This document shows, piece after piece, positions 13,740 through 26,959 of a DNA stretch of 54,852 nt. The notes beneath the pieces are model-generated. The model was given only the letters and a program-made list of their open reading frames with translations. It did no database searches and was not told the origin of the DNA. Made by a program: the position numbers and the translations under genes. Within the stretch, counting starts at the first letter, position 1. Each line of letters opens with the position of its first letter. Source of the stretch: Octopus bimaculoides (lineage: Eukaryota); NCBI RefSeq assembly GCF_001194135.2, contig NC_068987.1:15537364-15592215 (forward strand), given 5' to 3'.

Positions 13740-14100
13740 CTTTTTCTTGTTGTGTGCTTTCTCACTGTATTAAGTGCAGCTCCATGCACCAAGTGCACAT
13801 GCAGTGTTTTGTTTTAGTTTTCTATTTTTTGTCTATTATACATATTTGTCAGTCCTCGGGTTTTGGTTAAGTATTTGCCTTACATCTCTTTTAAAATCAT
13901 TCCAAAGACTCCCATTATCATAGAGATTGTTTCTGTTCTCAGTTCCCACATTCTGGCTATCTCTATTTCCAGATCTTTGAATTTGGATAATTTATCAATT
14001 TCTTTTAGAAATACATTCTCTGTTGGGACTAAAACTTCATTTAGAAAGCATGTCTTTCCTCTAACTCTTTGACAACAATATCTGGCATTTTTGCCTTGAT
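13740..14100 (-). mobile_element. R4/Dong-type non-LTR retrotransposon 3' fragment (restriction-like endonuclease)
   Basis: IKAKMPDIVVK / TCFLNEVLVPTENVFLKEIDKLSKFKDLEIEIARMWELRTETISMIMGVFGMI fits the RLE PD..(D/E)..K..KY..L...W motif. Confidence 0.85.
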
Positions 14101-14463
14101 CTCTCTCTCTGTGGATTGATACATCCCAGAGATTTCATTATCATTATTATTATTATTATCAATAAAAATTATTACTACTACTATTGAATAGTTTCATATA
14201 TTCAACTAAAATGAACTACTTCCCTCCTGCCATATTGAAAAATCTTCAGTATATCTTTTGGTGTATGTGTGTGTGTGTGTGTGTGTATATATGTATATAC
14301 ATATACACATTTGACTATCCATGTAGCAATTTATTCAGTGGTAAATATGCTTTTATATGTCTATTATATATGCGTGTATGTATATGCCATAAATATGTAC
14401 ATGTTAACAATTTCAGCTGATGAATTTCTGTACATTTGTTTGAATCTGTAAATGTGTGGGTTC

Positions 14464-14494
<31 letters not shown>

Positions 14495-15505
14495 TTTATA
14501 TTTGTGTGCATGTGTACGTTTATAAGTATACATGTATATATATGTAAGTATATATATATATGTGCGTGTGTGTGTGTTTGCTTTCATGTATGTGTCTATA
14601 AATAGTTATGTACATGAAACAAATCTCTACCAATTGACAATATCTCATCCTTTATCATTTTTTAAAAAGCCCTTTTTCTTATAAAAAGGGTACACTTGTT
14701 ATTTTGTCTCATTTAAAACAAAGACATTGTATTCCTTCATTTGTGACCCCAGAAAAGCTTTCGTTCATTTATAAAAATAGAAATACATATGACAAGAAAA
14801 AGAAAAAATTGGTGTGAGATATACAGTAAAAATTGCAGAATTACATTCTTCAATCCTCCAATGATAATGAAAAAGAGCAAGAATAATTAATATATTGGAA
14901 TCAAGAAGATTAATTGCATATCTTTGTTGAGAAAAGAAAAAAATTATCTTATTTATATTAAAACATTTTTTTAATCAAGGTTCAAATATAAAGTCTATGG
15001 AGTTTTCCAAATGTTTTTTTCACGATTTCTGTGGGAACAAGGCATTTTTGTGAGTTTTGAAACAATATACAGCTTTTACCGGAATATAAGATGATCCATC
15101 TTTGTACAAAGTATTTCTGAAGAGAAAAAGGGCATCTTAGACACTGTTTCAACTTCAGTTATTCAAGCAAATACTCAAAAACCAAAAGATGCATTTTATA
15201 AATTGGCAAATGTGGCACTTACCAAATGTTAGATATATATATATAAATATATATACATGCATGTATGTATATGTATAGATAAGTATCTATACATATGAGT
15301 ATTGTATGTGTAAATATACAGATATATATATATGTGTGTGTGTGTGTGTACATGTGTATATATATGTTTTTTCGTAACTGCAATATTTCATTGTAATTAT
15401 ATCTCTAACGAAAGGCATAAAACAAACACAAAAATGAAATTTTTAAAAAAATCTGTGAACAAAGACATACACACAAATGTGTGCATGCACACACACACAC
15501 ATACA

Positions 15506-15540
<35 letters not shown>

Positions 15541-17120
15541 ACACATTGAAACTTTAGTGTCTGACAGCAGTAACATAATTTTAGAAAGATTTAACCAGTT
15601 TTAAACATAAACAAATGTCTTTTATCATTTGTTTTTGTTTGTTGTATATTTTCTTTGGTTTGATTTTTTTTTTCTATTTGTTTTTGTTTCTCCATATATT
15701 TTGCAGTTTTAATTTCCTTGAATATATTCCCCCTACCCCCCCCCCCCTCACTCCATTGCAATCTTTGATCTTGCTTTCAACTCATCTTACTGCTTGTCAA
15801 TGACCTTGCCCAGACAAAATCTACCTATATGTCTATAAATACACTCACACACACACTTATATTTTTATTATATACAAAATTTTAACAGATTTTCTTTTTA
15901 CATTTTTCATGTGTGTATATACATATATGTGTGTGTATACATATATATGTGTACATGTGATATATATAGATATACACATACATGCATATATATAGATATA
16001 AATTTGATTTGTATAGATCTCTAATCTTTTTTTAACCTATATATATATATATATGTATGTATATATATTTATGGTGGCACAGAAATAGCCAAGTGGTTAA
16101 GAAATTCACTTCATAGTCATGATGTTCTATATGTGTGTGTGTGTGTATCTGTATATGTGTTTGAATACTTATATTTAGATGTGGTTATGTTTGTGTTTGT
16201 ATGTGTATATATACTCTCTTTATCCTAGTTCTATGCCCCTTTTCCTTGCTGGTAAGTGCTGGATAAGTTGCCATGTTTTGTACCAGATCCTGTTTACTAC
16301 CCTTCTAGACGGTTGAGGGACCACATCTCATATGACCATTCTGTTTTTGACGTGGTTTCCAAAACTGGATTCCCTTTCTAATACCAACTAATTTATACAT
16401 ACACACACATCCATCCATCCATCCATATATACATATATATATATATGTACGTATGTAGGCAGGCATATACACACATCCACATGTATGTAAAGGCATGGTT
16501 GCGTGGTTAATAAATTCATTTCACCACCATGTGTTTCGGGTTTCAATTCCACTTATAGTCCTAGGTAGACCAATGCATTGTGAGTGCAAGAATTCAGGAA
16601 ATGTAAATTGTGTAGGTGCCTGTATTATGTATATAAATATGTGTATGTATGCCTATGCATAATATGCATGTGTCACTTGTCTCTGCATATCTTCACTTCG
16701 ATACTCCATGGATCATGTTAATATTGATTATGTCTCACATAAGCATAAGAAGCCCTCAGTAACCCAGCAGTTTGATGTGCAAAAATGTGAAATAAAATAC
16801 CTTACTTGGAAACAAATAAAGAATAGCATCAGGTAGGACATCCAACCGTGGAGGACTGCAGCAAGAAGTCTTGTCCGATCCATTCCAGCATGTAAAAGCC
16901 TGATGCATAAACAATGATCATAAAACAATAATTATATAAAGATATGTGTTGTACTAACATACTGTTGTCTGACCCATGCAAGCATAGAAAAGTAGGCATT
17001 AAAATTATGATGATGATCCACATACACAAGAGTATGTTTGGGTAACATGTCCACATGCAAAAAATATGAGCATATATATGTCTGTCTGTGGACATGCATG
17101 TATGTATATGTTTATATACA

Positions 17121-17183
<63 letters not shown>

Positions 17184-18006
17184 GCATACATATGCATGAG
17201 AATACAAACATGAATTATAACATACAAATCTGCATGTGCACTGACTCCAAATACTACACATATATGCAAAATACCCCTGCTGATATTACTGAAATTCCAA
17301 TGAAGGGGACTTGGATCTAGGTTAGAAACCAGCTCCTCTATTGGCAAGAAATCTTCAAATAAAACTGAATCATCACACATACATATATATAGAGAGAGAC
17401 AGGGACACACACACATACATACAAGTGTTTATATGAATCTGTTTGTGTTGTATTTATGCATATTTTTATAATTTTCTGTTAATAGATGTTATTTCTTTAA
17501 GTTCTTTTGTAGTTTTTTGTTTTATGAAACAAAAGGGAGAGGAATGTTGTCTTGTTTGGAATAATAAACACAACATGCAGCTATGTAACTGACTGTTTTC
17601 TCAGACAATGATCTTGAGTGATAACCATAGAAATATTTTGGGAGATACCAAAAACCAAGAGATTTTATATTAGTCTGTGCCTAAATGAACCTCAATGTGT
17701 GATTAAATATTAGAAATGGTTTAGATGTTAAATTTATTTGCATGCAAAGATGTGTGTGTGTGTGTGTGTGTGTGCATATGTATATATGTGTACAAACAAC
17801 ATGCATGCACTGGTGTGTGCATGGCACTCCCCACTGTCTCTCTCTCTCTCTTTCTTTCTCTCTATCTATCTGCTTGTCTATCTATATATATGTGGTGGTG
17901 GTGGGGGGGGAGTTAATATATTTTTTTTTCCATGCTGGCATTGGTTAGATAAAACCTATTAAAGCACTATTTCACATCTGGTTACACTTCCTTATACATA
18001 TATTTG

Positions 18007-18428
18007 ATGATGATGATGATGATGATGACAATGATGCCCATCCTCGTGGTTGAGAGTTGAGGACCCTTTGGTTACAGCCATCATTTCTCTTCACACAACA
18101 TTGCCTCATGCTGTGGCTGTACCCTTTCACTGGGATCCTCCCTATCCCGTCCTTGATGTCACTGCTCCATCTCGGTCTTTGTCACCCACAAACCTGCTTT
18201 CCATCCATCCAGCTCCACCAAGCATGTGGGCACAGAGGTTGTGAGCCTTGATAACTTGGCCCAAAATATTGCAGTTTTTGTTGTCTGGCCATCGTCACCC
18301 ATCTTTCATTCCGTTTCCATTTCCTCTAGTCCTGAATCGTTCATTCTACAGGCCTCCCAACTGATCTGTAGCCCTCGTCTGATGTCAGCCACCCTTAGGC
18401 TCCATGCTCACACTCATTCATAATGCTA
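18007..18428 (-). mobile_element. RTE-clade LINE 3' end
   Basis: Frameshifted LQISWEA..MND, RQQKLQYFGQVIKAHNLCAHML and RW..DIK-like motifs, followed by a (CAT)n tail on the element strand. Confidence 0.8.
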
Positions 18429-19364
18429 NNNNNNNNNNNNNNNNNNNNNNNNNNNNNNNNNNNNNNNNNNNNNNNNNNNNNNNNNNNNNNNNNNNNNNNN
18501 NNNNNNNNNNNNNNNNNNNNNNNNNNNNNNNNNNNNNNNNNNNNNNNNNNNNNNNNNNNNNNNNNNNNNNNNNNNNNNNNNNNNNNNNNNNNNNNNNNNN
18601 NNNNNNNNNNNNNNNNNNNNNNNNNNNNNNNNNNNNNNNNNNNNNNNNNNNNNNNNNNNNNNNNNNNNNNNNNNNNNNNNNNNNNNNNNNNNNNNNNNNN
18701 NNNNNNNNNNNNNNNNNNNNNNNNNNNNNNNNNNNNNNNNNNNNNNNNNNNNNNNNNNNNNNNNNNNNNNNNNNNNNNNNNNNNNNNNNNNNNNNNNNNN
18801 NNNNNNNNNNNNNNNNNNNNNNNNNNNNNNNNNNNNNNNNNNNNNNNNNNNNNNNNNNNNNNNNNNNNNNNNNNNNNNNNNNNNNNNNNNNNNNNNNNNN
18901 NNNNNNNNNNNNNNNNNNNNNNNNNNNNNNNNNNNNNNNNNNNNNNNNNNNNNNNNNNNNNNNNNNNNNNNNNNNNNNNNNNNNNNNNNNNNNNNNNNNN
19001 NNNNNNNNNNNNNNNNNNNNNNNNNNNNNNNNNNNNNNNNNNNNNNNNNNNNNNNNNNNNNNNNNNNNNNNNNNNNNNNNNNNNNNNNNNNNNNNNNNNN
19101 NNNNNNNNNNNNNNNNNNNNNNNNNNNNNNNNNNNNNNNNNNNNNNNNNNNNNNNNNNNNNNNNNNNNNNNNNNNNNNNNNNNNNNNNNNNNNNNNNNNN
19201 NNNNNNNNNNNNNNNNNNNNNNNNNNNNNNNNNNNNNNNNNNNNNNNNNNNNNNNNNNNNNNNNNNNNNNNNNNNNNNNNNNNNNNNNNNNNNNNNNNNN
19301 NNNNNNNNNNNNNNNNNNNNNNNNNNNTTCATTGAAGTTACAATTGTATGGTGTTCATGATAGA

Positions 19365-19536
19365 CAGGGTGGGCCAAAAGTCATCTTTCAAAGTATTTGA
19401 CATTTTATTCATATTACATTATTATTATTATTATTTTTATTTTTATTTAATTCAATTTTAGAAAAATTGAAGCATATCTTTGACAAATCCGGAGAGTTAT
19501 CAAACTTATTTTGTGTATGATTTTTGGCCCACATTG
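19365..19536. mobile_element. Tc1/mariner-type MITE
   Basis: About 20-bp imperfect TIRs cagggtgggccaaaagtcat / caatgtgggccaaaaatcat; TA on the right flank. Confidence 0.6.
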
Positions 19537-20559
19537 TACTTTGTCTAAAGCTAAATCAAAACCTTAGATTTCAACAAATTTTTCCATAAATTTTAATTTG
19601 TTTGCTGTCGGCCATGGTGGTGAATTGTTGAAGTGCTGTGCAAAATTCCAAAATTCATTGTGGTATTAAATTACAGCCTTTTAATTTTCTGAGTTCAAAC
19701 CCCACCAGGGTCAGCTGTTTTTTTTTTGTTTTTTTTTTTTTTGATCAGAGGAGTAAGTATAGCACTCATGACTCTTTTTCAGGGTTCTGATATTGGTGGT
19801 AATAAGGGAAGTAGTTTTTCATAGACTGGAAAACATGGCCTGAAGGCTTTGCAAAAGAATGGACTGTGCTAAAGACACCCAAGAGCCAGGTAGTGGTTTT
19901 TAAACTAAGAAATGGATTACGTCTACCACCTAAGAACAAAGACAGTCTCCTCTGATGGGCTTCCACACAGTTTCCATCCACCAAATTTCACTCACGAAGC
20001 TTTGGTTGACCCAAGGCCATAGTAAAAGATAATTGCCCGTGGCTCAGTGCAGTGGAATTGAACCTAAAATCACTTAGTTTTGAAGCAGACTTCTTAACCC
20101 CATAGCCATACCTGCAGCCATCTTTAACAGCCATGCCTTCCTTTCATCCATCCAAGGTCAATAAAATAAAACATCAGACAAGTATTGGGGAGTTGATTTA
20201 TATATCTTCTATAATGCACCCTAGATTTAATTGGAATAATCTTTCTTTCATCTCACAAACCCTTCCTATATTTTAAATTAAATATTGTTTCATTCTCATT
20301 GGAAACACAACTGCTTTGCAGTATCTTGATCGGCCGACAATTACTCAGTAATTAATCTCTGAGTGACACTACGTTTTGCTTAAAGCTATTCAGCTAAAAG
20401 TCTACCACGCACAACAAGAATCATCATCATCATCATCATCGTTTAACGTCCGCTTTCCATGCTAGCATGGGTTGGACGATTTGACTGAGGACTGGTGAAC
20501 CAGATGCTCTTAGTTAATAGCTGTTCAGTGATAAACCATTATTGGTTGAGGATTTCCTT

Positions 20560-20945
20560 CTAGCATTACTATTGGCACATAGTCGTTCAACAACATCACA
20601 ATTAGTTTTTCAGCAGTAATATAATCAGCTGTTAATTAGCAACACTAATATAACATTACATTTGGTTGTTTATTTGTTGCAGTAGTGCATCACACATGAT
20701 AGCAATAGTACAATATCATAATTGGCTGTTAATTTTTAGCTAGAGTACATTACAGTTGGTCATTAATTGGCAGCAATAGTATAACACAGTTGGCTGTTAA
20801 TTGCTCAAAAACAAAAAAAACATTATTGTTAATTGCTCAGCAATTCCCACAATTAGTAAATAGTTAATCTACAATACAATTGGCTGACCATCACCAGCAA
20901 TAGAACAAATGGATAAATGTATGGTCAGCTATAATAGCATAATTA
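20560..20945. repeat. Degenerate about 33-nt minisatellite (cagcaatagtacaacacaattggctgttaatt)
   Basis: Recurring ggctgttaatt and gcaatagta. Confidence 0.7.
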
Positions 20946-21279
20946 CTATTATGTAGGGCAGACATGAGAAACTGTTTTTTAAGAAGTGGGCCACTTGAGA
21001 TATGGCTCATCAAAAGCAGGCCATGCTACTAAAAAATTCAAGGTAATTTTTCTGAAAGGCATGTCATTTACAAAGTCTTGTGGCCCATGACTGACAGAAT
21101 ATTAGTTTACCCTACAAGAGCACAATCTAATGAGTGCCACTAAATATTGATAATAGTTACATCTTATTTCACAGTTTGCTAAGACACACCATAGAAAGAC
21201 AATTCGCCAAGACATTTTGAATATAGCCATAGATATCTGATACACAGCTTCACCTTAATCCCTCTAAATTATACTTTAA

Positions 21280-21499
21280 CCCTCTAGCATTCACATTAAT
21301 TTGTCAAATGTAATGCTTATTTATTCACATTGCTTTGAATTAATCCTGCATTATCTCGTAGCTTCAAGTTTTCGATGATGTAATTGCTTATTCTTAGAAT
21401 AACATTGTAGGATAAATGTGGGAAACCAGATCTGACCACTTTGAACATAAAATAGATAGAATATTTGGGCCAGATATAACTTGTTTAAATGCTAAAGGG
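21280..21499. mobile_element. P1 TTAA MITE copy
   Basis: Collinear with 11460-11681. Confidence 0.85.
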
Positions 21500-21519
21500 T
21501 TATGAAGCCAATACAGGAG

Positions 21520-22010
21520 CCTTAATGTGGTTGCTTGATCTGTTACAAATAGCAACCAAATCTTTCTCATATCACACTTTATTGTCTTAATTTAAAAAAA
21601 TATAACACATTAGATATCTAAGTAAATATAAGTCTGGGATACCTGAAAAAAATCAGGATGATCACAGCTGGAATTCTTTTAGTCATAGTTTCATACTGTT
21701 AGAAGAGTTTATGCTAAAAAACAATACCTAACTAAGACATTTGAATATTGCCATAGGTATCTAAATTGCATTTTCACATTACATCTTGTCAAGTCAGCTA
21801 GGGACCCTCTACACAAATACTCAATTTGCAAGAAATTGCAACCAAATCTTTATCAAGTTGCATTCTGCTATCATGAAAAAAATAAAAGGGAAGGGCACAT
21901 TGGATTATTTAGCCCTAGATAACACTATGTCTTAAAATAAGATAGGATCGTCACTACTGGAATGCTTTTGATTATAGGTCTTCTTGACCAAAACTGACCT
22001 GGGAGCGAAA
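21520..22010 (+). repeat. Two tandem copies of an interspersed repeat (agcaaccaaatct...gtcacagctggaat...gactgacctgggg)
   Basis: Other copies at about 1020-1200, 8060-8270, 33670-33840 and 49630-49940(-). Confidence 0.65.
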
Positions 22011-22344
22011 ATAACATGAGATTTTTTTTTAACATTTATTTGCTGACTCAGCTTTAATAATTAACTTGAAGCAGCCAATCTGAAGCTAATGAATTTTCTG
22101 ATGTATACCTTCATTATGGTATTAATTTTTATTCAACAACATAATTATCTAAAGATTTGGAAACATTTCAAATTTTACCTCCTTGACTTCCAGTACCAAC
22201 CAATATGTAAAATGTACCAATTACCGAAGTAATAGTTTACACTTGGTAGATGAATATATTTATACATACACACACACATACAAACACACATACATACACA
22301 TAGAGATGTGTGTGCTTTTCCCAGGAATATTCCTGTGTATTTAA

Positions 22345-22547
22345 CCCTTTTGTTACTGTATTTCTGTTGATATACACTGTTTTCTTTCTGTTGGTTTCAA
22401 AACAATATAGTAAAACGTTTTTCATTATTAAACTGATGTTTGAAACAATGAAACTTTAATGGGAAGGTTTTAATTTAGATCACTTTAAAACAATGAGTTT
22501 GTATCATAGAACCTAGAGCTGATTTGGCCAGGTTGATATCAAAAGGG
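22345..22547. mobile_element. Second TTAA MITE family (P2)
   Basis: TTAA-cccttttg...caaaaggg-TTAA with a body unrelated to P1. Confidence 0.75.
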
Positions 22548-23509
22548 TTAATATGTGTGTATATGTATGTGTATTTAAATATATGTATACATATTTTTGC
22601 GTGTGCGTTCAGCCAATAGATCAATTCATAGAGAACTATTGATTGGAACTTCCTAACAAGTTTAAATGAAATCTGAAGGGTACTTATACGGTGCATACAT
22701 ATTGGAACTTCCTTATTTTTTACATCTATTACCAAAAGCGAAAAAAACAAAAAACAAAGAAAGAAAGAGATGTATATTGGAAAAGAAAGTACACAATATT
22801 CCATATTGATACTTATGTGGTAAGTGGTATAGAATAAGAAGTACATTCCCTCTGAGCTAAATCCATAACTTGGCTTCAATTTTCAGTTGAAGTTAATTTC
22901 TAATACTCTTGAAAAAGACATGAATGTCACAATTCTACATCCATTCCTCATTATACCTATTTATATCTGTGGCCTGGTGCCTCTGTAACAAACCAATATT
23001 GACACATTTTGGTGTCTTTAAAAAAAAGAAAAATTAAGTTAGACCTTTCTTTTGTTTATTTTTGTTTTTTATTTTGCAATCAAACTTTGATAACCACACT
23101 TGATCAGCTGATGTTTGATCATGATTGAAACTCCTCACTAAACATTGATACTTTAGTATTTTCGTCCAGTGTCAATTGTTACCAAAAGTTATTTTCTTAC
23201 ACTGCAACTTAAAAAAAATAAAAAGAAAAAGAATGGTCACAGCTTAATCTTAGAATTTTTTTAATGAAAAAAATATAAAAATTAAATGCTGTGTTAATCT
23301 ACTGCTTTCTACATTTTTTTTTTTTTTTTGTATGAGTGTGAGACTTTTTATTGTAGATTAGTGATGAACCACGGATTAACATAGACCAAGTCAGTTGTTT
23401 TGTAGATAGAAAGAAGTAAGATTGTAGTTTTAATCCTGGGTAGATATTTTTAAAATCAAATATTGTTAATCATATTGCTTACTTTAACCATTAGTCTTAC
23501 ATTCTAGAT

Positions 23510-24056
23510 CAGTGCTTTCCAATATTTCATGTGTGTCACAAAATTTTATAAGTCCAATATGAAATTACACAGGTGTGTTGCAAAATCACCTGACAGAATA
23601 TTTCATTTCTGATTTTTTTTAACCCTTTAGCATCCGGATTACTCTGTCAAGTGTAATGTTTATTTGAATGGTTTTTGAATTAATCATGCATTATCTTGTA
23701 ACCATGATATTCCAGTGATGTGATTGTTATTTTTAGAATGACATTGTACAGAAGGTATGAGAGGCCAGATCTGGCCAGTTTGAACATAAAACAGGTATCA
23801 TATTTGGGCTGGATATGGCCAGTTTAAATGCTGAAGGGTTAAATATTTGCAATTAAAATTAAGCATTTATTCAACTATTTTATCCACAAATGCCTACTCT
23901 CACATGTGAGCCCAAATATGTTTTATTCAATGGCTATATTGTGTGCAATTTTTATTTTAAGCAACAAAAGAAAAAAGAGAAAAAAGCAGATATTTATGGT
24001 ACATTTTTAGTGAATTTAAAAGTATGTCACCAATTTTAAAAGGTTTGGAAGCACTG
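23510..24056. mobile_element. hAT (Charlie-like) MITE with a nested P1 MITE
   Basis: Perfect 8-bp TSD TTCTAGAT at 23502-23509 and 24057-24064; TIRs cagtgctttcc / cagtgcttcc. Confidence 0.9.
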
Positions 24057-25074
24057 TTCTAGATTAGCATTGCAGCATGGCTAAATGTATACTTGTTATT
24101 TTAGGAATAAGAGTATTGTTAATATTGAGCAACATGTTTTCGGTTTTTGTTTTCAGTTGATAAAACAAATTTTATTTATTTATTTAGATAAGAATTCTTC
24201 AGCCTAACATTTCCTTATAACTGCTTTATGAGGGCTGATCTTACATTGTGTCATAGACTAGCTTAAGACTATTGTTAACCTTTTTTTTTTTTCATGACAA
24301 ACTGGACTGATAGATTGTCATGTGAATATATATGAGCAAGTTTAACATTAAATGCTCTTTCTATATGAAATCAAAAACAAACTATAAAAAAGCATATACA
24401 TATATATATATATATATATATCTTATAGAATTTTTAAACGATAGCTTTTCATTTTGAAACGATTTAAAATGGAAAAAGAAACATTGTTTTGTATTGAATT
24501 TAATTTTTAGACTGTTTTTTTTTTAACCTTTAAAGTGCTTGTGAACTTCCCTTTTTTTCTTTTTTTTCTTTTTTTCTGTGTTATGAAACCCTACTGAGAT
24601 TGCTATAGTCCTTACATTTAAATAGTATCAGAAATGATAAACAAGCCTAAAAATAACAGTGATGATGCTTAAAATGATAATGATGATGATGATGATGACG
24701 ATGGCGATGATGAAGTATAAGAAACTCTTTAGTTAATTTTGTCATTCAATAAGATAAGTAAGGTAATCTTTTCAATAGGATAACAAGATGTTTTTGTCTC
24801 AAAAAAAAAAAAATACCATTGAGACAACCTGCTCAAAGCGTTCTTTGAACACATCTGTTGTGGAGTGTTGCATTGATATTGGCAAACCCAACAGCTGAAC
24901 TGAATGGCATTACATTCCCAAGTTTTTAGTATTACATTGATGCAAACACTACAGTATATTTTCCCATCAATCAAATACTTTACTTTCTCCAGATAATCAC
25001 ATCTAATTAAGAAATAAAAACGTCAATTTATTATTAATATTAGTTTGTTTTGTAGGGGTTTTTTTTTTATTTAG

Positions 25075-26575
25075 GTGAAAGGTAATTTCAATCTTATTGA
25101 ACTCAGTTTTGTCTTTCATCTTATAAGATACAGCAACAGGCGAAGGTTGTATGAGATTTTCTTTCCTATTCACTCCCAGAAAATTTGTGGACTTGCACGT
25201 ATGTTAAGCAGAATCATAAGAGCAATGGACAAAACATCCTGTAATATTTCTTCCAGCTCTTTAGGTTCTGAGTTCAAATCTCTCTGAGGTTGATGGCATC
25301 AACTACCACCCTCCCTGCAAAATTGCTGACCTTGTGCTTAAATTAGAAATTAAAGGTGACGAGCCTGCAGAATCGTTACCACACTGGACAAAATGTTCAG
25401 CCACATTTCTTCCAGCTCTTTACATTTGGAGATCAAATGCCACTGAAGTCAACTTTGCCTTTCATCCTTTTGGGGGGGGGGGTCGATAAATTAAATACCA
25501 GTTGCATACTGCAGTCGATCTAATCGACTGGCTCCCTTCCTAAAAATTTCAGGCCTTGTGCCTAGAGTAGAAGAGAATAGAATAAGTACCAATTAATCAT
25601 TGGGATCAATGTAATTGACTCCCTCCCCCAAAATTTGAGCACTTGTGCCTCTAGTAGAAAGAAAGAATTATTGCATAATTAGAAATTTTTGTTAAAGACA
25701 GCAAGCTGGCTTAATTATTAGCATGCTGGAGAAAAATGCTTAGCTTCATTTGTACCAGCTTCTTGTTCTGAGTTCAAATTCAACCAAAGTTGACTTTACC
25801 TTTCTTCCTTTCGGGGTGGATAAAATAAGTACCAGTTGAGCACTCGGATCCTTCCCTTATATTGCTGGCCTTGTGCCAAAATTTGAAACCATTATTATTG
25901 TCATTATCAAAGTGGTGGGTTAGCAAAATTGTTAGCATACCACACAAAATGCTTAGCAGGATTTCGTCAATCTTTACATTTTGAGTTCAAATACCGCCAA
26001 GGTCGATTTTGCCTTTCATCCTTTCGGAGTCAATAAATTAAGTACCAGCGAAACACTGGGATCAATGTAATTAACTAGACCCCCTCCCAAAAAATTTCAG
26101 GCTTTGTACCATTAGTAGAAAGGATTATTATTATCATTATTATTATTATTATTATTAAAGTGGTGAGTTAACAAAATTGTTAGCATGCCGCATAAAATGC
26201 TTAGTGGCATTTCATCAGTCTTTACATTTCTGTCTTTCATCTTTTTGGGGTCAAAGTAATCAACTTATCCCTCTCCAAAATTGCTGGCCTTGTAATAAAA
26301 TTTGAAAGCATTATTATTATTATTATTGTGGTGATGGTATTGGTGGTGGTGGAGTGACAGGTACAATACAATGTCACACTAAATGCCTTTGCAGTATTTA
26401 TTTAGGATATTTTTATAAATTTTCTAAGTTCAAATCCCACAACAGTTCACTTTGCATTTCATCCCCCCACCAGGGTTAATAAAATAAGCACCAGTCAAGT
26501 ATTGATAAATTTAATTGACTGCATGCACTCCTATCAAAAAATTGGTGTGGCTGTATGCTATTTTGAGAAATTATT
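25075..26575 (+). mobile_element. Head-to-tail array of about 7 family B SINE copies
   Basis: Repeated 150-240 nt unit (gcagaatcgttagc...gagttcaaattcc...gcctttcatcctttcggggtcgataaaataagtaccag...ccttgtgcc), the later copies separated by (ATT)n tracts. Confidence 0.85.
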
Positions 26576-26926
26576 GTCACCTTCAACATTATCATTATCA
26601 ATATGAACAATGGTGGTGGCCACACTATTAAATGCATTGCAGTATTTTAGTTTCGTCTGGTTGATTGTTGAATGTGTGTGTGTGTGTGTGTGTGTGCATG
26701 TATATATATATATATACATACACATATATATATATATATGTTTTGGTGTTGGCCACCTCCATTGTGTTTCACATTCTTACTGTTATCTATGACACCAATC
26801 CCTTAAATAATTCCTAATCTGAGATGCTGTTCCTGACTCGTTAATGTTAACCTACATATTAAATGCCTTTCTTTTATTGAAGCATACATATATAAATACA
26901 TACATACACACACACACACACATTTA

Positions 26927-26959
<33 letters not shown>

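Noticed and set aside
16229-16251. 23-nt micro-exon candidate with strong GTAAGT donor
   Set aside because: Embedded in low-complexity DNA and cannot be linked in frame to any recognisable protein.
9748-19400. Long ORFs in the track (e.g. 444, 377, 325, 319, 318 and 240 aa)
   Set aside because: They are almost entirely X from N gaps; artefacts.
25128-25198. Apparent exon (YSNRRRLYEIFFPIHSQKICGLA or TATGEGCMRFSFLFTPRKFVDLH) with donor GTATGT
   Set aside because: Its acceptor tract (tttgtctttcatct) and 3' end (ctcccagaaaatttgtggacttg) match the family B SINE centre and tail, so it is a decayed SINE unit.
25075-26575. CRISPR-like or tRNA-gene-cluster interpretation of the repeat array
   Set aside because: Eukaryotic context, long diverged units with microsatellite linkers, no cas genes, and heads with only A/B boxes and no cloverleaf.
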